From Camelus dromedarius (Eukaryota): DNA of 64,000 bases. Where the stretch lies: contig NC_087453.1 of assembly GCF_036321535.1 (NCBI RefSeq), forward strand, positions 40,734,001 to 40,798,000. The letters are read 5' to 3'. The translations under genes were made by a program, and so were the position numbers. The first letter of the stretch is position 1, and each line of letters opens with the position of its first letter. The notes under the pieces were generated by a model. The model saw nothing but the letters and a program-made list of their open reading frames with translations. It had not been told where the DNA came from and ran no database searches. Positions 44,751-58,499 of this stretch are shown here, in pieces.

Positions 44751-45899
44751 GACTGCTACATTGCTTACCAAATCCCTGGAAATGCTGTGGGTCTAAGAGA
44801 AAGATAGGAAAAATCTGAATTGTGTGACTACCAGCTGAAGATGATACTTTACATTTCTGCTAATTTGAGGGCTAGCTATGTCTGGTGATTAAAAAACAAC
44901 AGTTCTTTAAAGAGAGTGACTCTGCCCCAGACAAGTACACAATCCACAGCAAGTCCCACTAGAGTGATCGAAAAGTAAACTTGGTGATGGGGTGAGGGTA
45001 TGCATGGACAGATGGATGGCCAGCTGTGTTCTTCTCATTTCTATAATTTGACCTCATATCTCCCTGGAGAAAGATTCCATATATGGTCTGACTTCCAGAA
45101 CACTTTCTCGAAAGGCAATTGCATGTAATATAAAGTGGAGGATCCAATGCTAAAAAAAATTCTCCTTTGTTGACATTTTTGGTCAAATATAGTGATGAGT
45201 ATACAATGGGAATAATAATTGGATATTTGTAAATCTTAGGCCTTAGTAAAAACTCAAAGTTCATATGCTATGATGTATATCTAATTGATCTTTAGACTAA
45301 ATTGCAGTACTTTTAATTAATCCAATTAATATGTTATATGTAGTTATGCTTTGAGTAAACAAGTACTTTTTGTTAAAGGAAGTGAGCAAATTAAAATAAT
45401 GTTTTCACCTTCATAAGCCCTTGGCAGAGATGGCTTGGGAAAGGTCTCCCACCATCCGAAGTGTTAAACATTTCATCATGAGTAATTTGCTGTTTTGGTT
45501 GATATAGATGTCATATCATAGTTATTTCCTTCTTTAGTTAGCATTTTAGCCTAAAGGCAGTAGATTTATGGTTTTTTTAGCCTGATTCATCTCCCAGCTG
45601 CCAAGCAACTTCTTTTAACCACATGTACAAATTGCTGGATGCATCTGCACACACACATAATGAATTGATAAATATTAGATGAAAGGTATGTTGAAGTAAA
45701 TTGAAAGTTAAGACTATAGCACAAATTTACATTTAGACTAATCTAGAAAATGAGTTTAAAATAAAAGTAAATCTTTCAGTGCTATAAGGAGTGTCTATTG
45801 GAGCAAGTACAATTAATCTTGGCTTAAACATGAGAAATAATTGTCTATTGTCTACTTTTTTTACTGTCTAGATTACTCCAAACTCCTGTGAGTGATCAC

Positions 45900-46200
45900 A
45901 TTAAATGTTTACACTAACTAGGGCTTCCTGAATTGCCCTACCTCACTAGGTTGCTTCCATATTCAAAATGTTTTGATGGCTTTTCATGTCCTTAAAATGA
46001 AGTTGAAATTCCTAAGCCTGACATTCTAGACCCTTCCAAATTTAGACCAAAGTTACCTTCCTAACCTCATGAATTATCAGGACACCTTTGAAAATTTTCA
46101 GCCAGGGTAAGGCTTTTCCATCTTGCCTGTATGACTTCTTTTATTCAGTTGTCCTAACCTTCTAATATCCTTTTCTCAAATAGTCTCCTCCTCTTAAAGG
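45900..46200 (+). mobile_element. L2 LINE fragment
   Basis: TTCAAAATGTTTTGATGGCTTTTCATG...CTAAGCCTGACATTCTAGACCCTTCC. Confidence 0.5.
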
Positions 46201-46345
46201 TCAGTGCGATAGAAAGAATATAACCTTCAGTCCATTATGCACCAAAATTCTAAACTGGTCTCTTCCTCTTACTAGCTAGGAAACCTTGGGGAAACCACTA
46301 CTCCCCTCTGGGGCTTCATTCCTTAGACATATAACTTGAACAGAT

Positions 46346-46752
46346 ATATTAATCAGCTATTGGCACAATACTGCCTTGTAACAAACAACCACAGAAACTC
46401 AGTGGAGTAAAATAAACATTTATTTCTCATGCATTGGTAGGTTGACTGGGCTCAGGTCCAGGTGCTAGGCTTGCTTTAGGATTTCTCCACTGGTCTCTCA
46501 TACTTTGGGAGATCAGTGACATACAGGATCACTTCACTCATAGCTCATGGAGGTGGTAAAAAGTCCAACTGTCCAACTTTACAAGGACAATTCAAGTCTT
46601 TTTTTGCAACATTTTCGCCTAAGGAAGTCACAGCATTGGGTGTGGGAATGTAATTAACCCCATATGGGAGGAATTGCAGTGTCATAGGGCAAAACGTATA
46701 GGTAAAAGGTTGAAGGTGAAGAATTGGGAACAGTAATGAAATGTTGTACTCC
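46346..46752 (-). mobile_element. MaLR LTR (MLT1H/I-like)
   Basis: TATATTAATCAGCTATTG....GTAACAAACAACCACAGAAACTCAGTGG...GAAGAATTGGGAACAGTAATG. Confidence 0.75.
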
Positions 46753-46789
46753 CACATTAGTATTCTTGGGGGATTAATTCAGATCATTT

Positions 46790-47150
46790 AAGTTCGATTT
46801 CTCACAAAGCGTGTGGCACAAAGGCATTCAACACGTTTGACTTTCTTGCTATACTTTCCTGATTCCCACCTGTTCAAACCCTCCTTCTTCCTTTAGTCTC
46901 AATATAGATGTCATCTTTTCCATTAAGCGTCCCTTGCTTTCACCTCTAATTACAATTAATCACTTTTCCCGTCTGTACTTAATGCACTATCTGTAATCAT
47001 TCACTTCAGGCCTCTATCACTTTTCCTAAATTGGGTTTAATCATCACAAGCAGACTGTAAAACTTTTGTCTTGCAGATAGTAGTCTATCACTGGAACTTA
47101 CTGTGCTTTTTGCATAGTAGTTATTCAGTGAATGTTGAGCATAAATTTGT
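46790..47150 (+). mobile_element. L2 LINE 3' fragment
   Basis: TCAATATAGATGTCATCTTTTCC...AGACTGTAAAAC...ATAGTAGTTATTCAGTGAATGTT. Confidence 0.55.
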
Positions 47151-48297
47151 TATCAATTTTTATTTGCTCTTTTATTAAAATATTATCTGGAGCAGCCTAT
47201 ATCAAGCCTTGTATCTTCTTATCAATCCTAAATTTTCTTATAAGCTCAGGTAGAACTTGGTTGACATTTAAGAAGCCATATTGGTTCCCATACTTGTGAA
47301 ACAAACAAAACCTATAAAATTATTTTAAAAAGTATCAGAATCATTTAACAAGCTTGTGAGTTCACTGGAAATGAAGTTATACATTCTATGAATATAATCT
47401 TTTGCCTACACTCTCATATTTTCTTAGAGCAAAGGTGATAGATATAGCTTCAGTGCATAAATGATATATAATCTCTTGACAGGTACGTGAGAGGACCCAA
47501 GTAGAAATTACACAGAGGGAACATCATGCCTCCTCACCTTCTTTGCCATTCTTCTTGGTGTTCCTGTCAATCAAACGTAGAGCTCACAATCCTCTGAGTC
47601 AAGCTAGTTGGCTGATGCCAAGTCTTTCTCTCTCTGAGTAATGCTTTCTCATACCCATCTCTATGAGTGATCATGTCTGACTTCATCTTCTGCAGAGAAA
47701 AGACAGATAATTTTTAAATCAGATCAAATTACATTAATAAGAATCTGAGATCATAAGAAATTCCTTATATGCTTACGTTGATTTGACTTTAGTCTCTGAC
47801 AATGGCCGCCAGAGATATTTGGTGGGAGTGTTGCCTTGTACAACTACTTTGTAGGTTAGAACTGTAACTCAAATATCTCTTTTTTTAATTCTCAGGGTTT
47901 TTGTACTTTCTAAAGTGACTTAAACTCAAGTTTTATGACACTCCTATTGCCACTGACATCCAAAGCAGAGAAAAGGACACACAAAATATGTACTTGTGTT
48001 CTTAGTGTGGGTGACGGTGTGATAAGGAAGAAAGACTTAGAACTTGGAATCAGAGGTCCTGGGTTCAGATGTCTGACCTGGCACTCAGTCGCTGGACCTT
48101 AGTGTCTTCATCAGGAACATGACTTAGATAAATTGTTTGTTCTTTTGCATCCTTTTTGATTATGATGTTTTTCAACTCTAGTCACTGGAAATGAAGGAAG
48201 TAGGAAAGAAGGCAGATGAGATAGAACATTGGCTAAATAATGTGTCTTTGTGACATTGCCAGTCACTGTTATGGATTCTGGCATGAAAGCTAATATT

Positions 48298-48343
48298 GCT
48301 TATTATTATTATCATTGTTGTTATTATTATTATTATTATTATT
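48298..48343. repeat. Imperfect (TTA)n microsatellite
   Basis: Direct read. Confidence 0.85.
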
Positions 48344-49114
48344 AAAGATTATACAATATGTTTAGCTCCTCCAGGTGAATATTTGATATATCTTTATTCC
48401 TTGATTTATTTTTTTCCTTTGAGGTGATTAAATAAATTGTTTTTGAGAAAACTTGGATGCAATTTGTCATTCAGTATGCCAGAGTCTCATTATAAAACAT
48501 ATCAAAATAATCTTAGGAGATTTTGTTTTAAACGCCTATAGTCCCCTGAGTAATTTTACCTGAGTTTTCTCCTATACATTGGGAAGTACATTTTTATGAG
48601 TTTTTCTATTTTGGTGCTATTCAACTTTTCACACATGATATCTATTTCTATATCTATTCATATCCTTTGGTTTGTAGGCCATCATGATTCTGATTCCAAA
48701 GTACATACATACGTGTTAAATGCAGTTTCAGTCTCATAAAGGAAATGTCACTGAATATGACTACTCATCTAGTGGTTTCCATGTAAGCTGGGGTCTCTCA
48801 GTTTTCCTGTGAGAAACAGTCTGAAAATTGAATCCTGTTGTTTAAGCTGTTGACTCTCTTAGTAGGCTTGGGTACAGGATGAGGAACTGAGATAGCTTAG
48901 TTTCCTTTCTTCTTGGTGTCCCCACACAGCAGAAAAATTAAGATTTATTTCTTAAGAACTGTGGATGTTTGATAGGTCTTAGAATAATCCAAACGTGCTG
49001 AGTCCTTTAACAACTGGTACTCTATAAAAAGAGATGCACTAAGTTTTTGGACTAAGGCTATTTTTTTTTTCCAATTTCCTATTTCCTTACCACTCAGATA
49101 TAGAGAAAATCTGG

Positions 49115-49240
49115 TGAAATGGTTAAAAGTGTGAGCTCTGGGGTCAGACTGATTTGATTAGGGTATCAATCTCAGCCTCTGTTGGCTTGAGCAAGTTGCA
49201 TAATGACCTGAAGGCAATTTCATCACCTTGAAAATGGGGA
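49115..49240 (+). mobile_element. MIR SINE
   Basis: ATGGTTAAAAGTGTGAGCTCTGGGGTCAGACTG...AAAATGGGGATGATAATAG. Confidence 0.75.
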
Positions 49241-49254
49241 TGATAATAGTTCCC

Positions 49255-50230
49255 ATCATTTGTTTTACTCAGCAAAATTTATTAAAGGCATACTATGGAT
49301 CAAGTCTATGTTCTACATGCTAGGGATGCCCTGTAAGACAAAATGCATGGTATTAACTTCTACTCAAAGGAAGGTTAAAAACAATATATAAGAAATAAGC
49401 ATGAAAAAGCAATGGTAACTCCTGTGCAGAAATGTGACAGGCTCTATATTAGTTTGTATAGTTTATAGAGTTCTTTATGAAGAGGATACATTTAAGCTGT
49501 AGCTTCAATAAGAAGGAGGCAGCCTTATGAAGATCTCAGAGAAGAGCATTTGAAGGAAAGGAAACAGGCAAGATCAATGCTCTGGGACAAGAATGAATTT
49601 GCTGTATTCAAGAAACAGAGGAAAAGGCTAGTGAGACTTAGGCATTGTGATCTAAGGGGAAAGTCTTACAGATTTTAGAGAAGGAAAGGGTCGGAAGAGG
49701 ACTCAATGGCCGAGGTGAGAACTGTGCTTAGACGAGGTGGTCATTCTAGATGTGGAGACAGGTGAATAGTTTTACAGTATGTTTTGGAGGTAAAGTCAAG
49801 AAAACTTGCTAATGGATTAGATGCAGGAAATGAAAAGATGGGAAGGATCAAGAAAAAATTCTTGAGTGGCTAATGGATAGCAATTTGCCCGAGGTAGACA
49901 AAATGGAAGAGAAGCAGATTTTGGAAGAGGCATCAGTAGTTCTGCTTGGCCTTGTTGACATGTAGGTGAGGATGTTAAACAGCCTTTAAAGACATGAATC
50001 TGGAGCCTGGGGGCCAGTCAGGGCTGAAAATAGAAATCTGAGGGTTGTTGGTGCATAAACAATGGGAATGGGTAAGACCACCTAGGCAGAGAATGGAAAT
50101 GGAAAAGAGAAGGTGTCCTAGGAGGAGTCCCTTGGTGTACCAGCTTTTAGTTAAGTCATGAAGAAGAGAGGTCAGCAGGGAGGGACTCTGGGGAGGTAGG
50201 GAGGAGGAAAGCCAGAATACAAAGCTCTTA
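49255..50230 (-). mobile_element. L2 LINE, ~1 kb
   Basis: CAGCAAAATTTATTAAAGGC...TGCTAATGGATTAGATG...AGCAGATTTTGGAAG...ATGAATCTGGAGCCTGGGG...GGGCTGAAAATAGAAATCTGAGGG. Confidence 0.85.
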
Positions 50231-50264
50231 GCCTGCTTGCACATGGTAGCTTCTCTGGAAACGT

Positions 50265-50680
50265 TAGTATCATACTCGGGTTTCTTCAGAATACTGAGGT
50301 GAGTAGATTGAGAGGCGATCCCAGGAGTGCGGGAGGGAAGTGGAGAGTGAAATAGGGCGGTGAGGAAGCTGATGAGGAGTGCTTTATCCAGCAGGCATCG
50401 AGTTGGGGAAAACTGGAGCTCAGCCCTGCTGGTGACCTCTGGGAAGCAGTGTGGAGCACACCTTAGAGTTTCTCCACCCAAGGGATGAGGAATATTTGTC
50501 CTCCACCTGCATCTGTCATTGGCTGAGATCTGCTCCCTGGGTTGTTAACTCATGGCACTGTGGGCCTGCCCCTAAGACCAAGTCCTCAAGAGGGATGTAG
50601 ACCATCCTGGAAGGACACCACAGTGTGGGCAGGAACCAGTGCTGAACAGATCTGAGCGGCATCAGTAAGGTCAATACTGT
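50265..50680 (-). mobile_element. LTR33-like ERVL solo LTR
   Basis: GATCCCAGGAGTGCGGGAGGGAAGTGGAGAGTG...CTGGAGCTCAGCCCTGCTGGTGACCTCTGGGAAGCAGTGTGGAGCACACCTTAGAG...TCATTGGCTGAG. Confidence 0.78.
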
Positions 50681-51299
50681 TAGCTGTTAGTGTTATGTTC
50701 CTTCCTTGATTAGCCCTAATCATTTTCCCTTTCTTCACTGAAATATACTAATTGGTAGAAGTAAATTATTAAAATAAGAGCACATTCAAAATTCTTTATC
50801 ACTGATCCTATCTAAAGGTGTGATAGACTAACTGGGACATATTAATCTATGGGTGAAAAATTCTTCTTATATTGTTGATCTCAAGTAGCAGTAAGTTTTA
50901 AGGCATGTTCTTTAGTGTCAAAAGCACCATTTGGTGGGACATTATTACATATGAAGGAAAGCCTGTATGCCCTCAGTGTCTGATATTTTTTGAAATATGA
51001 GAATCAGAATTCATATGATACGGTACTTTACAAGTCAGTGCCTTTCTCCCAGAGAACCCAGAGGTTATGCTGGATGCTCTTCAAAGTGCCTGTGCATGTA
51101 CAGCCACTTGATCCCAACTCCTGGGAGGGCAGGGCATGAAGCGATTAGTGTCACAGGTGGAACGGAATTGCCTTTAAGCTTCTTATCTAAGAAAGTAGCA
51201 ATATTGAAACCAAGACTCGGGTTTATTAGCATCTGCTCTGGTTTCCTTTTCTCTCTGCTGTAATGGAAATGGTGAAATGCTTACTTGAACTCCCTATGT

Positions 51300-51490
51300 G
51301 CCTGATACTGCCCTAAGCATTTTATAAAATTTGCCAATTTAATCCTCAAATTAACACTATAATTTAGGTAGTATTATCACCCCCATTTAACCCACTGAGT
51401 CATAGAAGTTAAGTAACTGTCCAGTTCACATCTCATAAGTGCCAAAGCAGGGACTCAGAACTGGGCCTTCTGCCTCCAAAGTCCGTTCTC
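51300..51490 (-). mobile_element. MIR SINE
   Basis: GTATTATCACCCCCATTT...AGTTAAGTAACTGTCC...CTGCCTCCAAAGTCC. Confidence 0.7.
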
Positions 51491-54249
51491 CTCAAGTCCC
51501 TGTGTTACGCAGCACAAGCAGGGGTGATGGGCTGTGATATTTCACTGAGCAGCTTGTACAAATGATTTGTTTGGTACTTTTCCATAAATTCAATTTGTTA
51601 ATCATTTTAGTAGAGGTTAAGAAAAAAAAAAACTCACCAAGTCTTTTATAATGGAAAAAAGTTGGGTTAATCTTTTTTATAAGGTATCAAGTAACTATTT
51701 TTCATATAGTCTAATATATCATCTATTAACAGTGTGATTTTTTTCCTTTTGTGAATTCTTGTGCCTTATCACTGGGTTTAAAAATAGGCAGGATACCAAA
51801 AGATATTCCTACCAATAAACTTCCATCAAAAATCTAGTTAAGAACAGTTTGCCAGCTGGATGCTCTGTGCTTTGGAGAGGAAGCTGTATGGAGCCCATCC
51901 TTCCCTGAGAAATCTTCTACAATACCTCATCTTTATATGTGCCTTAGAAAGTTGGTACTTTATCCCTCTCCCCACATTTTCTTTTTAGTTTCTTTTGCTA
52001 TTACCGGCTCACTGTACCAAATGTCTAATCATAATTTTCAGAGTAATTTGAAAAATATTACATCATTTGATCTCAGTAAGATTTTTGATACTAGTTAGAT
52101 CTATGAGGAGATCACTTTCATAAGATAGGAGAATCTGATACCCCACCTTCTGGGGAAATGGCTGCTTTTAGCAGTGCCTGGCCCACATGGAAGAACTCTT
52201 CCGTCCCATTTAGCCCCAAGGTATTATGATTGCTTCTTCCATGCTACTTCATATCGATGACTGTTTAAATCCTACTGGAGGGGATTTAAAGGCTCTTGTG
52301 CAGTCCTTTCACAGCCCATGAATTTCAAAAATAGGAGGTGCTTAACTTACTGGCCCCAAATTCTGTTTCCACTTATGTCTGTGTTAAAGTAGAGCCCCAA
52401 AAGAAATCATGACCCAGTATTTCTTCTCTTATTTAAAACGTCAAGTTCTTTTGTGCCAAAAGTTAGTACCAGATTTGTATGTCTGTGTGTTTAGTTTTGT
52501 TGTTATTTTTCAGATGGGAGGAAAATGTTAGTAGTCTGGTTATATAAAATTGCTTGTAGCACATTCCTGTAATTTTAATCACTTACAGATGTAGCAATTT
52601 ATATTTTTTAGAGTGTTAATTTATGAGTAGAGCTGTGAGCAAATGAATTAAGCCAAAGTCCTCATAATTTAAATATTATTTTTTGAAAATAAAAAATAAA
52701 CTGGCTTAAGTGCTTCCTATTTGAATGATTATTTTCTTTATTTTTCTGATATTAGTCCTGAGATATGCAGTTTTATATGGCATATATATCTAATAGCTAA
52801 AGCTTAAAGAATGAATACCCAAGCCTCTCTTTCATGTCTGTTTTGTCTGATGGCTACAGCCAGATTCCATTAGAAAACCTTACAGAACATGAGAAACTAT
52901 TTCACTGTTAATGTCTATGTCAGTAGCAGCCAGAGGTGAGCTCTCAATATTTGGAATCATTTAAAGGTTGATGCAAATTCTGTCAAGATTTTGGCCAATA
53001 CAGTGATTTACAATTTTGTAAAGTTATGTTTATTTTTAAAAAGTGTGTTTTATTCATAACTTTTTAATATCTCCTGGAAGAGTTGGAAAATGTAAGGACA
53101 AACATGAGAAGTAAATTAATTGGTACATTTTTGTAGAGTTCTGTCATGTCAGATTATTCTCCACATAGATTACATATTAACATAAATAAAGTTAATTCTA
53201 TAATTAATCTCTATCAGTGTGTTTCATCCAAGAGACTTCATAGAAATATTACAGATAAAAGATGAAATAAATAGATAAAAAGCTGCAAAAACTTTTAGGT
53301 TAGGTTTTTAACTCACAGCTACATGACTGTATTTATAGCTGCCACTTAGATCAATTTCTAATTTTTATCTCTTTAGTATTTTCTAACAAAAATGGAAAAT
53401 GACACTTACTTGGGTTTAGTACCACAGAGTTATTCTAGTTTTCATATAAGTTAAAATAAATGGTGTAAAATACCTGATAAGTTTTTAAGACTGTATGAAT
53501 TTGAACTCTCATGGTTTTAACAAATGATATATTATCATTGAATATTACAAATTAAAATAAAGATAGGGATGCCCTCCTAATAGAATTTCCATATAAACCT
53601 GTATATCCTTTAAGCCAAGGAACATCCATTTCTGATGATGTGACTGACCAGATAGTCTGAAAAGTAATACTCACTAAAAGCACTAAGATATTCTGTCTAA
53701 TGTATTTAATAACCATTTAAAGTATATGGTTGAGCTGGCTTGGAAATAAAGACACTTTCCAAGCTCAAAGGACTGAGTGAGCAGGAGACTGCTGCTGTCC
53801 TCTGCTGTCTCCATCTCCAGTAACCCGGATGTCCCTGCCATCTAAGGGGGCATTGGAACCCAGGCCCCAGGGCCCACGACTCATGCAAGTTGGGAAATAC
53901 ACAAGGTGACCATCTATGATTTGCCTGAAACTCCCAAGCTAAATATTGAGTTTAAAGTTCTCTTGGATGATTTATAGAACTAATAGAAAATCCTCGTTAG
54001 AGATATACATCCTCAATACAAATCCTAAAGAATTTATGGATAAAGTTCAAACGGCCACAAGCACAGCATTTAAAGTCACTAAATGCACAAGGAAATCACC
54101 ATCGTCCAGGATCAACAAAAGCAACAACATAGAATCATAATATTGGAATCATCAGGTGAGAATTTAAATAAGTATATATATCCTATTTACTAAAATGAAA
54201 GAGAACTGAAATATTATTAAAGGATGATAGACTATCAAAATAATTATAT

Positions 54250-55215
54250 GGCTTTTTAAAAGTAATCAAATATAGGTTGGCAATTAAAAATAATTTAAAA
54301 AAAACATTACATGGGTTAAACAATTAAGAACTGGAAAACTGGAAGATCTGAAGAATCACAACACAAAGAGGCAAACAGATGGAAAATATAAAAGCCAGAT
54401 TAAGAGATGCAGAGGTCTAACATATGTCTAACTGGAATTCCACAAGGAAAGAGTAGAGAAAATGGAGGAGACTGATATTAATAAATATTATAACTGAGGA
54501 TTTTCCAGAGTCAGTGAAAGACTAAACCCTTAAATTCAGGAGCACCAACAAGTCCCAAGCAGAATAAATGGAAAGAAAACCACACCTGGATACACAGAAG
54601 CCCATCTGTAGAACTCCAAAGACAAGAATAAAATCCTAAGAACAGCTGGAGAGAAAGGACAAGTTACTTAGGAAACAACCACCATTAGACTGACAAGCCT
54701 GTCTCATAGTGTCAATGAAAGACAGGAAACACTAGATAAAGCTTTAGAGTGCTGTGGACAATGTCAAACTAGATTTATAAACCCAGTGAAACTGTCTTTC
54801 AAGGATAAGAGTGAAATAAAAGATACCTTTGAAAAAAATTAAAACTGAGAGAATTTACCACTGGCAAACCCTGGCTTTAAAAAGAAAAAAAACAATCCTA
54901 GAAGGGAGGTCCAAAGTTTAAAAAGAAATGGTGAGAAAAGAAATTAGTAGATATGTAGGTAAATCTAATAAAATATTCATCTTATAAACTAATTCTAGCC
55001 TCTCCTTGTAGGGTTTAATATAGGGTTTTATACTAGAGAGAAGCTGCATGCAAACTGAGGAGAGATGATCAGAAATTAACATTTTTAAAAAGGTCTTTTT
55101 CTTATTCAGGAGGGAGATTTGGATTACCTTTAAACGTTCTTAAATGTGCATGTTATATTTTCCAGGGTAACCACTAAAATAACTGAGTGTATGTCTCCCA
55201 AACCAGTTGCAAATC
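54250..55215 (+). mobile_element. Old L1 ORF1 / inter-ORF fragment (L1ME/HAL1-like)
   Basis: GGTCTAACATATGTCTAACTGGAATTCC...GTCCCAAGCAGAATAAAT...CCAGTGAAACTGTCTTTCAAG...CCAGGGTAACCACTAAAA. Confidence 0.75.
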
Positions 55216-55267
55216 CACACATGCACTAATTGTGTAGCTAAAGTGTTGCTTTTTTTCTTTTTCTCTT

Positions 55268-55287
55268 TCTTTTTTTTTTTTTTTTTT
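55268..55287. repeat. T-homopolymer (~20)
   Basis: Direct read. Confidence 0.85.
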
Positions 55288-55842
55288 CTGATTTCAGGAG
55301 TTCTTTTTTATTACCTCGTAGGCTTTACTTGAATCTAACAAGAGTAATGCAAAAATAGTCATCCAAAAAAAAAAAAAATAGTCTTCAGCTCCAGTTATCA
55401 AAGTTTAACAATACAAACATGCCATTGAAAGCAGCATTTTGAAGATATGAGGTCTTTGCTGAGCTGCCTGGGAGGAAACGTGGCATCCTGAGTTCATGTA
55501 GGCTCTGGTAATGTGGGATTATGCAGCAAAGTCAGTTTTGTTATTATTCCAAAGATAATTAATTCTAATGAAAAACAACTTATGAACGCAAATCTACTTT
55601 TTCATACATGATCCTCTACCTCTTAGAAAACCTACGAGTCTTTCCACTGTTCCCATGTGGGGCTGACACTGTATCTCTGTTTAAATGACCTTAGAAGGAG
55701 AGAGAACTGTAACTGATTTGACATGTATTTAGAAGGATATGTGAAAACAGTAACAAGATCAGCCATAGTTATTTGTTAGGAATCTGTTAATAGTGATCTC
55801 TTTTATATGGTTCCAATCCCTGTATGCTTCTCTGATATTCTA

Positions 55843-56325
55843 AAGCAATAATTTTTGAAGTGTGACGTGGGGAATCGTGGGGGGTCCCCAAGGCCCTTTC
55901 AGGGGGGTCTCTGAGGTCAACATGATTTTCATAATAATACTAAAGCATTATTTGCCTTTTTCACTCTCATTTTCTCACAAGTATATGGCATTTTCCAGAG
56001 GCAACATGACAGATGATATCTTAACATACTGAATGTAAAAGCAGGAATGAGAAGCCAGCTTTCTTCTTTTTAAATTAGACATTAAAGATATTTGCAAAAA
56101 ATTAAGACAATACCATTGTCTCCTAATATATTTGTTTTTTGAAAATATGGTTGTTTTTCACAATGAATATGTTATCCATATTAATCTGTAATGGATTAAT
56201 TGTTGTTTTTAAATGATTCAAATATTTAAAAATTCTCATTTAATTTATAACAAGATAAATATCTATACATTTAACACACAGAAACAAACACCCAAGGTCT
56301 TTAATAATTTTTAAGAATGTAAAGT
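55843..56325 (+). mobile_element. hAT-Charlie non-autonomous DNA transposon (Charlie1-type ends)
   Basis: GGGGTCCCCAAGGCCCTTTCAGGGGGG..GAGGTCAAC..ATTTTCATAATAATACTAA..TTATTTGCCTTTTTCACT and GAGAAGCCAGCT...GACATTAAAGATATTTGCAAAAA...AATAATTTTTAAGAATGTAAAG. Confidence 0.82.
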
Positions 56326-56452
56326 AGCAGAAGGGGGCGATTTATAAGTCAAGTGATACTTTGATAGATATGGAATTCTTTAGAAATGTTGGAGGGCGCT
56401 GTGTCATGAGTCCCTTTGTAACTTTCCTTTGTAGCAGAATCTGCTAGGAAAA

Positions 56453-56454
<2 letters not shown>

Positions 56455-56502
<48 letters not shown>
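56455..56502. repeat. (TG)24 microsatellite
   Basis: Direct read. Confidence 0.97.
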
Positions 56503-56504
<2 letters not shown>

Positions 56505-58014
56505 TAGGTGGAGTATTTCTTGGTCAAATTTTGAGGGCTTTGTATTATCTATAATCTTTGGTAGGGTTTCTTTATGGCAAATTAGAGCCCCAAATGTTTT
56601 CAAAGCTCCAACCTTGAACTTGTTTTAGGATAGACACCAATAAATATTAGGGGTCTACTGGGAAGGCAGAGAGCATTTTCAGATTTATGAGGGGGGAAAA
56701 TCAATAGTGTCCCCACGGCTGTGTAAGTCACGAGTAGCACTGTCTTATGCAAAGTTGACAGTATCATGAAATATAAGCCTTTGCTTTGGAATTTTACCAG
56801 AAATTAAAGTGTCGTCATAAAGGAAAGTCCGTGCTTTAGCTTGTATCTCAGGAGGAATTTGTACTTCTGACTGCTCTGCTTTGTTACTTCACTTTGGCTG
56901 AGCGCTAGAATTTTTTTTTTTCTGAAAAATGGGGTGACCTCACATTTTTCTGCCTTCTGGCTTATTCGATTTTCTTTCCCCTTCAACCCTTGATTAAATC
57001 TTCTTGGCCCCTAGGAGTTCTTATTCCTTATACAGCAAGTCATGCACTTTGTCCTCTTGTTAAGGAAAGAATTAATAAGCTTAACTCCCTCTTTGAAGAA
57101 GAGTTTGGAATGCTTCTTTGGTGAAAATTAATATTCAATTACCGAAATTGTTATGTCACAAATAACAGAATAAAAGGCACAGCATAGCTGCCCTTGAGAA
57201 TAATGGAAATCGAATTTCAGTTTGTTTTTATAGCATGATGGCTCAAACTTTCAGGGAAAATTTTTATGTCTACTTTCTTGTGAAAGTGATTACATTTTTC
57301 CCTGCTGCATATTTATGGTAAGACTGTTTATCTCACTGCTTTGAAAGAACATGGGCTGAGTGGTCCTTCTTGCACTGGACTTTGGAGTTTTAGACATATC
57401 CTATTGACCTACAGAATCCACCGGTATTTATCTCTCCTTGGCATTAAATGAGTCCTCCAGAGAGCAGTAAGTATAACACTTCTCCAGACTGCATCCTTTA
57501 ATACTTTATAATATTCCAGTGATGCTTTGATGGGGCAAGTGGGTGAATATATAAAAGTGGCTCAAGCCATTTCCCTCAGGCAACACTTTGGCTTGCTTGG
57601 AGTTCTCATCACAGATTGTGCAGAAAAATCTGTGTTGCTTAAGTGAATAATGAACATATTTGATAGTTAAAAATAATTTAAATGTCAAAGAAGAGCTCTG
57701 TGCAGGGAAGAGGAATAAGAAATTGTGAACATAACAGTATGTGGAGAAGAATCATAGCACAGCTTAGAGGGTAAAGCAGATCAATCCAAAGAAGTAAATC
57801 TACACATGGGTAACTGTCCAGAGAGCTAAACTCTTTGTGTGATATCTTGTGTGTTTTACTTTTATTTGTCTGAGAACTTGAAATATGCAAGTGGCTTGCA
57901 GAAGCAATTATAAAAGCTCTTATGAGTAATAAAATAGATTTTTTTCCAAACTGAAGTAAAATTATCAGTAAGGCCAAATTTATCCAAGGCTGATGTTGAT
58001 CTGTCAGGCTGAAA

Positions 58015-58205
58015 TAACTGGCCTGGGAACCAGAGGGCAAGGTATTGTGTTTTGGCTCTGGCAATTATTTGCTGTGCAACATTGAGCTCATTGCTTAACC
58101 TCTCAGGGCCTTAGTTTCCCTATTTGCATTTTGGGGATAATTATGCTTATCCTGACTGCTTTATAGAAGTTTTGTGAGAAAATATCAGATAATGTATGTG
58201 CAAGT
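58015..58205 (+). mobile_element. MIR SINE
   Basis: TTGCTTAACCTCTCAGGGCCTTAGTTTCCCTATTTG...GGGGATAAT. Confidence 0.8.
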
Positions 58206-58239
58206 TCTTTCAAAAACAACCTAAAACTGCTGATTTTGA

Positions 58240-58240
<1 letters not shown>

Positions 58241-58280
<40 letters not shown>

Positions 58281-58293
58281 CATTATTATCATT
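58241..58293. repeat. (TTA)n microsatellite, ~13 perfect units then degenerate
   Basis: Direct read. Confidence 0.92.
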
Positions 58294-58499
58294 AATATCC
58301 TTAAACTGCCTTATCCTCCAGTTTCTCCTATTTTGGTGCATTTTCTTAAAAATTGTTGCAGATTCTTGAAAACACACTTAAAAAAATTCTAGATAAGAGG
58401 ATTGGTAAAACTCATACTAAGTTTCTAGCTACTAGGGTCTTATGTCTTTACATAAAATCCAACTCTATTTTTTGTCAACAATAACTTTTTTTAAAAAAA

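Noticed and set aside
49975-50481. 168-aa minus-strand ORF
   Set aside because: Spans an L2/LTR33 junction; degenerate repeat sequence, not a gene.
53835-53855. CTCF-like GCCATCTAAGGGGGCA
   Set aside because: Needs a 2-nt gap to fit the motif.
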